Virus record (IMG/VR): IMGVR_UViG_3300035180_000246
Coordinates: 9,859 to 73,858 of that record
Source: a virus
Direction: 5' to 3' (one strand)
Length of the DNA stretch: 64,000 bases
The notes beneath the pieces were generated by a model, which searched no databases, had not been told where the DNA came from, and saw nothing but the letters and a program-made list of their open reading frames with translations. Position 1 is the stretch's first letter, and every line of letters starts with the position of its first letter. Positions 9,870 to 19,084 of this stretch are shown piece after piece. The translations under genes and the position numbers were made by a program.

Positions 9870-10919
9870 TTAACCAGCTAAGTACATAGCGTTTTCTTTA
9901 ACCCAAGTAGAGACTACAGGGTGACGTAGTACGTTACGCTTTACATGCATAGGAGCATTACGAGCTAACGAACTAAATGCTACAGCACTAACCTCTAATG
10001 GGTAGCGAGATAGGTACTCTACGACTGCTGTACAGCTCTCTGTGTCATCATTAGCTGTAAGTGTCTGTAATGCACCATAAGCCATAATTAGCTGAGCAGC
10101 AACACTTGTAGGAACTGAAGTACCCTTAGGATCAGCCATTACAACTTTCCAACTAGGCAATTGATCAGCTAATTGGATATAAGCCATAATATCTGCAGCC
10201 GCAGATGCACCAATAGTACCTACTAGAGCTTGATGCAATGTATTACTATCCAACTTATCACGTTTAGAAATAATACGACTAGCTTTATCTAAACTACGAG
10301 GACTTACAAACTGCTTGTTATTAGTCTTTGGATTGAATGTGTATGGGTTATCCTGCTCACCTTCACTAAGAGCATGAGGAAACTGATTAACCCAAGCCAT
10401 AACGATAGGATCTACACCTGCACCAGAAGCCCAGTTACACCAAGCATCTACACCAGGTTTGTCCATATGTACTTCAGTAACACGGTTAAGCATATGTGCA
10501 GGAAAACTATCACCTACACCATCCTTAGATTGGTTACCTGTAGCGAATACAATAGATCCCTCTGGTAACTTATAAGCACCAATTTGTTTATTCAACAATA
10601 GGCGTGTAAATAGCAGACGAGTAGTAGCATTAGATTTACTTAACTCATCTAACATAATTACTTTAGGACGTGGATCATTGACTCCCCAACTAGAGTTAGT
10701 AGCAAAGTAAGATACACCATCTTCTACATATGGTAACTGTACATCAGGAACATCATTTACTGGGCAATCAATGTAGATAAATTGATGATTGTTTAATTCT
10801 GGAGCTTCTTGTAAGTAGTCTAAAATAGAGCTTTTACCTGTTCCTGGCTCACCTACTACTAAGTAAGTAATGTCTGTACCAGTGTTTAGAATAGCGTTAG
10901 CAACTTGTTGGATGTTCAT
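9870..10919 (-). CDS. AAA+ ATPase (MoxR-like, N4 gp24-like)
   Basis: Walker A GEPGTGKS, Walker B IMLDELSK, ATGN sensor, NR arginine finger, SPRS. Confidence 0.92.
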   Translation of the reverse strand: MNIQQVANAILNTGTDITYLVVGEPGTGKSSILDYLQEAPELNNHQFIYIDCPVNDVPDVQLPYVEDGVSYFATNSSWGVNDPRPKVIMLDELSKSNATTRLLFTRLLLNKQIGAYKLPEGSIVFATGNQSKDGVGDSFPAHMLNRVTEVHMDKPGVDAWCNWASGAGVDPIVMAWVNQFPHALSEGEQDNPYTFNPKTNNKQFVSPRSLDKASRIISKRDKLDSNTLHQALVGTIGASAAADIMAYIQLADQLPSWKVVMADPKGTSVPTSVAAQLIMAYGALQTLTANDDTESCTAVVEYLSRYPLEVSAVAFSSLARNAPMHVKRNVLRHPVVSTWVKENAMYLAG

Positions 10920-11005
10920 GGTTAAATACCTTTAATGATTGATTGATTGATTTATGATTAGAATTAGATAGCACCTGTACAAGTAAACTCATACAGGGCA
11001 TTATT

Positions 11006-11368
11006 TTAAGACTGCTGTAGTTCTACAAACTTACTATGCATAGCGCGTAAGAAAGAATTTTTGAATTTCTTTTTTAAAAAGTCTCCTGGAACTCCGTTTA
11101 GAGTTTCAAGACGAATCCCTTTAGACTCGTGCTTTTCAATTGCTACAAGTAATGAGATTTTATCGCAGAGTTCACCTTCATACAGATACATAGTAGTACT
11201 GTCTGCAGTTTTTACTGCTTTAACTAGTAAAAGTTTTAGACAATCATCAGTAACTGTAGAATCTACATTACTATTATTTTTACTATTTTTACTATTATTT
11301 TCAGTACTGCTAGTAGCTGTTACTTCTTCAATAATACCTAAAATTTCGAACAGTTCTTGCTTAGTCAT
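11006..11368 (-). CDS. Hypothetical protein
   Basis: AAGGAG ribosome-binding site; 120 aa. Confidence 0.7.
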   Translation of the reverse strand: MTKQELFEILGIIEEVTATSSTENNSKNSKNNSNVDSTVTDDCLKLLLVKAVKTADSTTMYLYEGELCDKISLLVAIEKHESKGIRLETLNGVPGDFLKKKFKNSFLRAMHSKFVELQQS

Positions 11369-11424
11369 TTAAGACTCCTTGGTTTAGTTAAAATGATTAA
11401 AATGAATCCACAGAATAGTAAATA

Positions 11425-11610
11425 CTATCTGTTCTGTAATACGAGTGTTTTCTTTACCTCTTTGGTTACTAACGAACTGAACTTCTGTCCAGCTTGTTGA
11501 TCTCTACCATCAGAGTATGCAATCCAATATAGCTGCTCTAAGATCTTAGTTTTTAGATCTTTGTCAGCCATCATGCGATCAATAGTCTTGATCACTTCCT
11601 GTTTATTCAT
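11425..11610 (-). CDS. Hypothetical protein
   Basis: AAGGA ribosome-binding site; 61 aa. Confidence 0.65.
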   Translation of the reverse strand: MNKQEVIKTIDRMMADKDLKTKILEQLYWIAYSDGRDQQAGQKFSSLVTKEVKKTLVLQNR

Positions 11611-11622
11611 GATTAGATTCCT

Positions 11623-11859
11623 TCAATTATCCTCTCTACTATTCCTAACTGAATCAACATAAGCATATGCCTCCTCTTCTAACATGTCATAGTAACTCTG
11701 TTGAATTAGACTAGTAATACGTGTATCACCTACATAAATATTTAGGTAATCAATTTGATACTCTCCAGGAATACGAGTATCCATAGAAGTATTAGCCTCA
11801 ATAAACAGTGTTACACCATGAAATACTGTTTTAAACTCGAATGTCTCAGTGACTGTCAT
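11623..11859 (-). CDS. Hypothetical protein
   Basis: 78-aa ORF overlapping the upstream stop. Confidence 0.65.
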   Translation of the reverse strand: MTVTETFEFKTVFHGVTLFIEANTSMDTRIPGEYQIDYLNIYVGDTRITSLIQQSYYDMLEEEAYAYVDSVRNSREDN

Positions 11860-12116
11860 AACTCGGTTGCCTTTGGTTTGGTAGGAGCTTTAATAACTAC
11901 TTTATTCCAGAATAAAGACTGGATCAAATCAGGGCAATAACAGCCCTTTAACGTATAATAACTATGAACATCATTATTGAAAAAACGTACATAAATAGGA
12001 CGTCTACTAAACAAGTCTTCTATATACTCAATTTCACCCCATCCGTATGTAGGAGAGTATACTTTATCGCCAATCTTGGCGGTTTCAAACGTTGTAATTG
12101 TTGACATGAATGCCAC
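11856..12116 (-). CDS. Accessory family A, short member (TTFE..GDKVYSP..GWGEI...QSLFW)
   Basis: Similar to 12337..12816 and 14493..14960. Confidence 0.75.
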   Translation of the reverse strand: MAFMSTITTFETAKIGDKVYSPTYGWGEIEYIEDLFSRRPIYVRFFNNDVHSYYTLKGCYCPDLIQSLFWNKVVIKAPTKPKATEL

Positions 12117-12151
12117 CTTTTAGTTATTGTTGATTTATAGATTTATTGTTT

Positions 12152-12352
12152 TTACTTATTTGAGCATGATTTAATTAACATATCTTTAATTTTTTTATAA
12201 TCAGTTTGAGCTGAGATTTTATATTCATATGCAATAGTAATCTCTGGCTCCTTATTAAAGTACTTTATCGTAATGTATAAACCATTATGGATACTAATAG
12301 CCTTAACTTGGTGTAGTGATATGATTGTTCTTGATGCTAATTCGATGAACAT
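12152..12352 (-). CDS. Hypothetical protein
   Basis: AGGAG ribosome-binding site; 66 aa. Confidence 0.6.
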   Translation of the reverse strand: MFIELASRTIISLHQVKAISIHNGLYITIKYFNKEPEITIAYEYKISAQTDYKKIKDMLIKSCSNK

Positions 12353-12816
12353 TGCTTTACTCCTAGTAATGCTTTTGCATGTAAAATTGCTGCCGATTTA
12401 CCTTCTTCTGTAAATGGATAACATAAGCAATTCTCGACAAGGTGACTAATGTCGTCAGGATTGTCACATTGTGTACCAATATATAGCTTCGGAATGATTG
12501 GTACGGGTAGGTAACAAAAGTCTCCATAAGAGGGAATAAAAGAAATATCTGGAACTTTAACACCGTTGATACTTTTCATAGGTGTAGGTTCTTTCTTAAC
12601 ATCAGAAATTACCTCACACCAAAATAAAGACTGTTCTTGCAAATCTTCTGAGTATCCAGTAAATGTAAAGCTCCTAGTATTTTTATCAACATTATTGAAG
12701 AAACTTACTATGATAGGGTATTTACTATTCGCATCTATTTGTTCAATTTTTCCCCAACTGTAAATAGGTGAAAAAACTGTTTCCCCTACTTTAGAATTTT
12801 CAAATGTGGTTGTCAT
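12337..12816 (-). CDS. Accessory family A, long member
   Basis: Aligns over its full length with 14493..14960. Confidence 0.8.
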   Translation of the reverse strand: MTTTFENSKVGETVFSPIYSWGKIEQIDANSKYPIIVSFFNNVDKNTRSFTFTGYSEDLQEQSLFWCEVISDVKKEPTPMKSINGVKVPDISFIPSYGDFCYLPVPIIPKLYIGTQCDNPDDISHLVENCLCYPFTEEGKSAAILHAKALLGVKQCSSN

Positions 12817-12824
12817 AACTGCCT

Positions 12825-13268
12825 CTAAAATAATTTCTTAATAGCAGCTAGTTTAGACTCTAGTTGCTTATTGCGTTCTTGTAACTCTTCAACCTTCCTA
12901 GAAAGCTCTTGGTTAGCTTTATTACTATCTATTAGTAGATTGGCTTCATCTACTGTTCTAGTAAGCCTAGAAGGAACTATATGAACTTTAAACCCACATC
13001 TAGTACCATCTGCACGCTCAAAGCATAGTAATTTGGTATCATTTTCTAGATTAACAAATATGTCATAGGTAAAGCCTGTATTAATAGCTGTAGCTACTAG
13101 AGTAAACTCATGTACTTTACCTGTATCTAATCTGATTGAAGATTTAACTGTGAAGTCTGCATGATACTTACAGGACTTATGTTTACTCATAAGCTTCCCT
13201 AATATATCCATCCAGAACATAATATCTTCTGTCATGGTTAAGTTTCCTTGTTTGTATTTACTGCTCAA
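12825..13268 (-). CDS. Hypothetical protein with C-terminal coiled coil
   Basis: NQELSRKVEELQERNKQLESKLAAIKKLF; true start probably at MTEDIMF. Confidence 0.7.
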   Translation of the reverse strand: MSSKYKQGNLTMTEDIMFWMDILGKLMSKHKSCKYHADFTVKSSIRLDTGKVHEFTLVATAINTGFTYDIFVNLENDTKLLCFERADGTRCGFKVHIVPSRLTRTVDEANLLIDSNKANQELSRKVEELQERNKQLESKLAAIKKLF

Positions 13269-13632
13269 AAGGTACTAATAGTTTCTCATCAGATTGTAGG
13301 ATACTGGGATTGTTTATAACATCTACTAATCTAGTAAGAATTGATTCATACGTACTGTCAGATACTTTTTCATTAGCTGCATGTAATGAACCAACTACTG
13401 CGTATACTTCACTAGCTAATTTAGCTACTAATGCGCTATGTAACTTAAGCGGAATTGTAGGCTCCTGCTCAACAGCAGGTGCTGCTTTGTACATGGCTCT
13501 GTATGCTTCTCTGAATAGATCTATTCGGTACGACTTACAAATATCATGACCACTTAATACTAAGTACGTGTCACCAAATGTCCCAAGCATTTCATTGGTC
13601 GGTTCACTTGGTAGTAATTTGTGTTTATTCAT
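13258..13632 (-). CDS. Accessory family B (P.EPT.EM...AM..AAP)
   Basis: LLPSEPTNEML...YRAMYKAAP; similar to 15338..15619. Confidence 0.7.
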   Translation of the reverse strand: MNKHKLLPSEPTNEMLGTFGDTYLVLSGHDICKSYRIDLFREAYRAMYKAAPAVEQEPTIPLKLHSALVAKLASEVYAVVGSLHAANEKVSDSTYESILTRLVDVINNPSILQSDEKLLVPFEQ

Positions 13633-13921
13633 CTTTAGATACTTCTACTGCTTGGATTGTTGTAATGTCTGCATCACATCTTACAAAGTTACCATGCTGT
13701 TCTAATGGTTCAGCTCTTGGCATAAAATTACGGTCTAGGTATTTCGTATATACGTCTACAACTACACCATGCTGACACTCTAGCCAATTTGTTGCACCTC
13801 CATGTTGATCCCTAAGCACTTGTAACTCTGGCGACACTATACTTCCAGCACTTTGCATTTCACAGCCTGATAGTAATATTGCAGCTCCAATAGTAAGCAG
13901 CCATTTGTATTGTGTTGTCAT
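13625..13921 (-). CDS. Putative lipoprotein
   Basis: Hydrophobic signal ending in lipobox LSGC. Confidence 0.75.
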   Translation of the reverse strand: MTTQYKWLLTIGAAILLSGCEMQSAGSIVSPELQVLRDQHGGATNWLECQHGVVVDVYTKYLDRNFMPRAEPLEQHGNFVRCDADITTIQAVEVSKDE

Positions 13922-13923
13922 TG

Positions 13924-14094
13924 TTATTTTCTACCTTCACTTTGCTCAAATCTACGTAACTCTGCAATTAATGACGGGATAAGACTAGATTGGAGTACAC
14001 ACACCAATTCACCTTCTGGATTATTTGCTGGTGGTATCCAAACCTCTACGCAGTCGTTATTACGGACAACGGTAAAGTTATTCCCTATTTTCAT
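13924..14094 (-). CDS. Hypothetical protein (56 aa, not in the ORF track)
   Basis: MKIGNNFTVVRNNDCVEVWIPP...EGRK; GAAGG upstream; stop 2 nt before the next start. Confidence 0.6.
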   Translation of the reverse strand: MKIGNNFTVVRNNDCVEVWIPPANNPEGELVCVLQSSLIPSLIAELRRFEQSEGRK

Positions 14095-14159
14095 ATGTAA
14101 CTAGCCTTCTTTGTAATGTCAGTTGTACTACGTAGCTTTTAAAGTCAATTAGTCCACGA

Positions 14160-14471
14160 TTATTTCCCACATTCCGATGAATAGATTGCATGATTCAGTG
14201 TGATATACGCTTTCCAAATTTTAACGACGTCTGATGGGAGTTCTGCTGATACGTTATCAAACCTATCGTCATCAGAAACACTGGTTACGATGTACCCAAC
14301 GCCAGTTTTATTATCGATACGAATCAACGAACCGATTCTGTATCTACTGTCGGGTTGAATGTCACATTCTGTCAATCGCTCTAAAATAATCTTATCAACA
14401 ATAGTAGATAAGATTTCTTGAGAATCAATCTCAACATCAACAGCTTGTTTTGCTTTGGTTTTGATGATCAT
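14160..14471 (-). CDS. Hypothetical protein
   Basis: 103-aa ORF. Confidence 0.65.
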   Translation of the reverse strand: MIIKTKAKQAVDVEIDSQEILSTIVDKIILERLTECDIQPDSRYRIGSLIRIDNKTGVGYIVTSVSDDDRFDNVSAELPSDVVKIWKAYITLNHAIYSSECGK

Positions 14472-14492
14472 TTAGTATTACTCTTAAATGGG

Positions 14493-14960
14493 TTAACTGG
14501 TACCAAGCATCGCCTTAGCGTGCATGATAGCTGCTTGTTTTCCTTCTTCTGTATATGTATAGCACAGACCATTATTACTAAGATGATCGCTAGTTTCATT
14601 AGGATAGTAATATACGTGAATATATAACTCGGGAAGATTTGGGGAAGGTGAATAACAGTACTCACCTGGATTAGGCTTAAAAGAGATATTTGGAATCTCT
14701 ATACCGTTAATTGTTTTAGTGGGAACTAGTTTCACAGGAGCTTCGATATATACTTCATCCCAGAACAAAGACTGAATATGCGCATCTTTATAAAAGTAAC
14801 CTTCGGGTGTAAAACACCTAGGCTCTCCGTTAATACTAGAAAAGCGTACGCTAATAGGATAAGAATTACACCAGGTTATACTTTTAATTTCACCCCATCC
14901 AAAAATGAGCGAAAAAACCTTATCCCCTACTTCAGCGCTCTCGAATGTAGTAGTTGACAT
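14493..14960 (-). CDS. Accessory family A, long member
   Basis: AAGGAG ribosome-binding site; paralogue of 12337..12816. Confidence 0.8.
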   Translation of the reverse strand: MSTTTFESAEVGDKVFSLIFGWGEIKSITWCNSYPISVRFSSINGEPRCFTPEGYFYKDAHIQSLFWDEVYIEAPVKLVPTKTINGIEIPNISFKPNPGEYCYSPSPNLPELYIHVYYYPNETSDHLSNNGLCYTYTEEGKQAAIMHAKAMLGTS

Positions 14961-15057
14961 AACTAATTCTCCTTATTTGTGTCTATTACTTAAAAGTACT
15001 AACGATTCTTCACTAAATTGTAAAATATCAGTATTGTTTACAGTAGTCATTATTCTA

Positions 15058-15417
15058 CTATTCCTCTTGTTCGATCTTCATAATTTCTTCCTTCATACAC
15101 ACCTGTATTAGGTATTGGGCAGCTCGTAGTCGTGTCTTGAACCCGTGCACTGTTTCAGCTACAGGTCTGCTCTTGAATGGGATAGCTGTGTATTCGCCAT
15201 CCCAAGTTTTGTGGATTTGTCCTAGGAAGATATCACCAACAAAAAAATTAACAATATCTTTATTGTGTCTTTTGTAGTGGTAGTCCATTACTTGTTTATC
15301 CTTAGTTACGAATGAGTTCATGTCATTCTCCTTTAAACTAGGTAGTGTGATTAACACATAATAGATTACCGATTGCACTAGCGAATTTGTATATGTCGGT
15401 AACTTCCACACCTTCAT
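15058..15417 (-). CDS. Hypothetical protein (true start probably MNSFVTKD, about 15321)
   Basis: AAGGAG precedes the internal ATG. Confidence 0.65.
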   Translation of the reverse strand: MKVWKLPTYTNSLVQSVIYYVLITLPSLKENDMNSFVTKDKQVMDYHYKRHNKDIVNFFVGDIFLGQIHKTWDGEYTAIPFKSRPVAETVHGFKTRLRAAQYLIQVCMKEEIMKIEQEE

Positions 15418-15619
15418 GGTTGGTTATCGTATATCTGTGGAATAAGCCTAATACCACTTCTTCGCTTAGCGGCTCACTATCTGGTGCTGCTTCCCACATT
15501 GCGCTGAATACGCCATGTAGTTCTGTATTACTAAACTCTATGCTACGTAGGTAATCATTAGCTGCTTGTTTCATTGCCTTTGTAGGTTTTCTTGGTAACC
15601 ATTTGTACTGCGTTGTCAT
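15338..15619 (-). CDS. Accessory family B member
   Basis: WLPRKPTKAMKQAA...SAMWEAAP. Confidence 0.7.
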   Translation of the reverse strand: MTTQYKWLPRKPTKAMKQAANDYLRSIEFSNTELHGVFSAMWEAAPDSEPLSEEVVLGLFHRYTITNHEGVEVTDIYKFASAIGNLLCVNHTT

Positions 15620-15620
15620 T

Positions 15621-15746
15621 TCAAGTATCCTTTAATTCATGTACTACCGTTCCAGCTGCAAACCATATCGTAGAGATAACTAATAAAACGTCATCCACAT
15701 ATATAATGTAGGCAGCCATAAACATTAATCCTATAAGTCCATACAT
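15621..15746 (-). CDS. Small membrane protein (41 aa, not in the ORF track)
   Basis: MYGLIGLMFMAAYIIYVDDVLLVISTIWFAAGTVVHELKDT; AAGGAG ribosome-binding site. Confidence 0.65.
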   Translation of the reverse strand: MYGLIGLMFMAAYIIYVDDVLLVISTIWFAAGTVVHELKDT

Positions 15747-15747
15747 T

Positions 15748-16059
15748 CTATTCTCCTTTATATTCAGGTAGGGGCATCCAATACAGCACGCAGTCTTTAC
15801 ACCCAGAAAACATCCATGTCTTCAGTACTGACCATTTATCAGAGCCTACTGTTCCTGTATGGTATAAGACGATTACATGCTGTAAATTCTTCGGATGTGT
15901 TGATTTATCATCAATGTCAAACTTAATCCATGCTGCTTGAGTTGCCGCCTCTAAGGCTCTATGCATATCTGTAATATTACCACTAGGTAAATTGTAGTCA
16001 TGCTGTCGTCCTAGATACTCACATGCTGCAACTTGCACCATTTTATCAGTCACTTTCAT
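15748..16059 (-). CDS. Hypothetical protein with DUF551-like C-terminus
   Basis: VTDKMV.VA..MHRALEAA; AWI...HP...VLYWMPLPE. Confidence 0.7.
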   Translation of the reverse strand: MKVTDKMVQVAACEYLGRQHDYNLPSGNITDMHRALEAATQAAWIKFDIDDKSTHPKNLQHVIVLYHTGTVGSDKWSVLKTWMFSGCKDCVLYWMPLPEYKGE

Positions 16060-16282
16060 TATTTAGTTTCCTACGTGTAAGTACACATGTAACACCATCT
16101 GGTATCTTATAAACAGAGGTTGGGTATCCCCATACAATAGTACCCTTGTCTATATACAGACTTTCTACTTCTTTAGTGAATCCGTTATCACAAGTAGCTA
16201 TGGTGGTATATGTACTCGTACAACCAACCATATTTAGTAAAATCAACATGAAGATAATTAGTTTCATTTCACTAGCTCGCAT
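16046..16282 (-). CDS. Putative lipoprotein
   Basis: MKLIIFMLILLNMVGC signal and lipobox. Confidence 0.7.
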   Translation of the reverse strand: MRASEMKLIIFMLILLNMVGCTSTYTTIATCDNGFTKEVESLYIDKGTIVWGYPTSVYKIPDGVTCVLTRRKLNNESD

Positions 16283-16425
16283 TTGTAGGTTTTATGATTT
16301 ATATAAAAGCCTCCGAGTTTTTCACAATCCATAGTTATACTAGATGCAGATATTACCCATGTAAGTGGTAGTAGTATCGCTGTAACTACTATCCACATAA
16401 TAAAAGCCGATAAATAGTCACTCAT
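16264..16425 (-). CDS. Small membrane protein with two Cys (53 aa, not in the ORF track)
   Basis: MSDYLSAFIMWIVVTAILLPLTWVISASSITMDCEKLGGFYINHKTYKCELVK; ATGA overlap with the upstream stop. Confidence 0.65.
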   Translation of the reverse strand: MSDYLSAFIMWIVVTAILLPLTWVISASSITMDCEKLGGFYINHKTYKCELVK

Positions 16426-17027
16426 ACTTCCACTTCCCATGATCTGCCTGTTTTACGGTACTCATATTCGACATAGTGTACTTCAGCGTCGTCTTCGGTC
16501 ATTAGTAATGTTGCAATCGTCCATTTTTGGTGTAACTTTGGTCTGAACATCCACTCGTACATGGTATTGGTGTCGGGTTTGGTACGATACTTCGTATCTT
16601 CATACCAGTCAGGGTTGGGTTCTTCTATCCAGTCACCGCAGATATAGGCTTGAATCTTCACACCATCATGGTGCTTTTGGATTAACTCATTGTGTGGGTG
16701 TAAGCGATAGGTATTACACCCATCCCAGTTTGGGGTAATCCAATTTCCAAACTGATCTGTGATGTTCTTAAACCCATACCCGTAATTAGATTGCCACGCT
16801 TGACCATCTTTATACGAATCAATAAGGTCTTGATGGGCGTGGCGAGGTGTGATTTCAGTCCAAATATCTTCGTTGTATAAAGCCCATAGAAAAAATATCT
16901 CGTTGGCATTATACATGAACGGGTTAGAGCGTTTTTCGTCGAAGTAAACCACTGACCCTAAGTTGTCTTTGAATCGCTTACCCGCAAGTAACTCTTGCAC
17001 CATGTGTGATTTGCTGTCAAATTTCAT
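16422..17027 (-). CDS. Hypothetical protein with two tandem H..LI...DG...Q...W...P.W....YR..P units
   Basis: Internal repeat visible in the translation. Confidence 0.75.
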   Translation of the reverse strand: MKFDSKSHMVQELLAGKRFKDNLGSVVYFDEKRSNPFMYNANEIFFLWALYNEDIWTEITPRHAHQDLIDSYKDGQAWQSNYGYGFKNITDQFGNWITPNWDGCNTYRLHPHNELIQKHHDGVKIQAYICGDWIEEPNPDWYEDTKYRTKPDTNTMYEWMFRPKLHQKWTIATLLMTEDDAEVHYVEYEYRKTGRSWEVEV

Positions 17028-17111
17028 CTTAAAAGTTCCTTAATAATTATTTAAGTGATGTGTATGAGGTATTCGTCTATTAATACTCTTCCCAGCCATC
17101 TTTCTTGTATG

Positions 17112-17375
17112 TCATTTTTCATCCCTATTTACATTAATTGGTGTGCTTGCAGAAATATTTAACACTGTTCCAGGAGTTGTTATAATAATTGTCTTATTTT
17201 TAGTAATTGCGTCAATAACAAAAGAAATACCAAAGAAAAATAGTGCTGTACTGACTAAGTACAAAGCACCAGATTCGTCATTTGTAGAAAAGTAAGTGTA
17301 GATAGTAAATATACTTAGTATGTATGCAATTACATCAGCCGAGTTGATATTTAATGCGAATTTTCGAGTATTCAT
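17112..17375 (-). CDS. Two-TM membrane protein
   Basis: Two hydrophobic segments; AAGGA ribosome-binding site. Confidence 0.7.
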   Translation of the reverse strand: MNTRKFALNINSADVIAYILSIFTIYTYFSTNDESGALYLVSTALFFFGISFVIDAITKNKTIIITTPGTVLNISASTPINVNRDEK

Positions 17376-17403
17376 CGATTTGTCCTTTATACTTGTTTAT
17401 TGG

Positions 17404-18036
17404 TTAAGCTTTTTTAGATTTGCTTGTTGGTTTAGTCTTTGAATTGCTGATAGGTTTAATACCTTTAGCTTTTACGTATGTTGGTTTATCCATAAAAGTA
17501 TGCTTACCAACTTTAGCAACTGGAGTGTACTGCTTAACCCATACATGTCTCTTAGTGTCTACTTTATTGATGTTAGCGTAGTACCTAGCACCGTTAGCTA
17601 GATCAGGTAACTTACCTTTCAACTCTAGATCAGCAATGTGTAATGCCTCCTTCCACTTGTCTTCTTCAACAATCTCGATTGGATCTTTATTCATAGTCCA
17701 AGAGAATTGTTTAGGTTGGAATATCACATCGTAGTACGTCTTAGGAAACTCAGGATCATGCAATCTATGTCTTACTGTATTGGTAACAGCAATCATACCT
17801 GCTTTACCTTCGCCTCTTGCTTCTTGATAAGCATTAAGTGCAATAGCTATCTTCTGATCAGGTAACACAGGAGCTAACATATTAGGTTTATCTAGCTGAC
17901 CTATCTCTAATCCGTACACTTCTGGATTAGATTCTAGCAGTCTATCCATGTAATCGTTATAAGCTAGTACCAGACTTACTGGTAGCATGATTATAAGAAG
18001 TACAAGCATAGTAGATTTCGTTGATTGATTGAACAT
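17404..18036 (-). CDS. SleB / Hydrolase_2 cell-wall hydrolase with N-terminal membrane anchor or signal
   Basis: ALNAYQEARGEGKAGMIAV, FPKTYYDVIFQPKQFSW, GARYY, KVGKHTF. Confidence 0.92.
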   Translation of the reverse strand: MFNQSTKSTMLVLLIIMLPVSLVLAYNDYMDRLLESNPEVYGLEIGQLDKPNMLAPVLPDQKIAIALNAYQEARGEGKAGMIAVTNTVRHRLHDPEFPKTYYDVIFQPKQFSWTMNKDPIEIVEEDKWKEALHIADLELKGKLPDLANGARYYANINKVDTKRHVWVKQYTPVAKVGKHTFMDKPTYVKAKGIKPISNSKTKPTSKSKKA

Positions 18037-18243
18037 TTAAATAACTCCTAAAAAGGTTATATCATCTACAGTTATGTAACCTAAGTTTTCTAGTAACTCA
18101 TCAGTTAAAGATAATTCGTATTCAGCAACAACTGCTCTCTCATAGAATATGTCAAAAGGACATAGAGTCTCTTTGCAGATTGTTTCGTAAGTGGTAGTTA
18201 GATTTTTCCAATTGCACGCAATAGTAATTCTATAGTTATACAT
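18037..18243 (-). CDS. Hypothetical protein
   Basis: Track ORF 18037..18294; AGGA ribosome-binding site favours the ATG at 18243. Confidence 0.6.
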   Translation of the reverse strand: MYNYRITIACNWKNLTTTYETICKETLCPFDIFYERAVVAEYELSLTDELLENLGYITVDDITFLGVI

Positions 18244-18488
18244 GGATTTACTTCCTAATTCATGGTTAAGATTGCGGGTTAACATTAAGTACACCTTATA
18301 CCTAACTTAAATAATTTAAGCTATTTAGTATTTAGGTCTATAGACGGATAATTGTATTAAGACTGTCTTTAGATATTAATTATATCTAGAAGAAGAGAAA
18401 ACCAGGTAAAAGAGAAGAAGAGCACTTAGTATAGTAAGCACTCAAGTGTGTGTCAAATTGAATTTTTCGATGAGAACAAGCTTGTTAA

Positions 18489-18791
18489 TCAAAAATTTCG
18501 ATAAGCTACCTGTAAGCTGCTCGACCAATTTATATCTTTAATCAAGTTGTATCTCTCAGCTTTAGCTTCAGCTTTGTTCACACAGTACTCTAAGTAGTAC
18601 CAATTCACAAATTCAGTATACCCTCCTACATGCAGCAGTCCTGGATTAACTCTCAAGATTGCATTAATGTCATATTCAGTCAGCGCCTCTGTATCCATCT
18701 TTATTAAAGTTCTTTTACTTAAAGCTCTTATCAAAGGCTCTTCGACAGCTAGATAGTCACCTAACGCTTTAGCTGTAAATGTATTACTCAT
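18489..18791 (-). CDS. Accessory family C (TFTAKALG.YL...EF..WYYLEY)
   Basis: GGAGG ribosome-binding site; paralogue of 19085..19363. Confidence 0.8.
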   Translation of the reverse strand: MSNTFTAKALGDYLAVEEPLIRALSKRTLIKMDTEALTEYDINAILRVNPGLLHVGGYTEFVNWYYLEYCVNKAEAKAERYNLIKDINWSSSLQVAYRNF

Positions 18792-18838
18792 TTGTTTATA
18801 CCTCCATTAAAGTGTAAGCCTAGCATCTACGATTCAGC

Positions 18839-19081
18839 CTAGAAAGGTAACTCATCTGGATCAGTTACATACTTACCAGCAAGTAGATACCAGTTCTTAA
18901 ATTCGACTATGTGATCATCTACAGATCCTTCACAAGTCCTAAATATTTTCTTTAAAGTTTCTTCCCTAACTACATACGAACTGTTCCATTTCATGAGTAA
19001 ATGTTTAGTATTCCATCCACATGTAGCACATTGGTTAACAAAAGCTTCTACATGATAGACCTTACACTTAATGTTATTCAT
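18839..19081 (-). CDS. Hypothetical protein, possibly a distant family C member
   Basis: CATC; EFKNWYLL resembles EFVNWYYL. Confidence 0.65.
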   Translation of the reverse strand: MNNIKCKVYHVEAFVNQCATCGWNTKHLLMKWNSSYVVREETLKKIFRTCEGSVDDHIVEFKNWYLLAGKYVTDPDELPF

Positions 19082-19084
19082 AAC

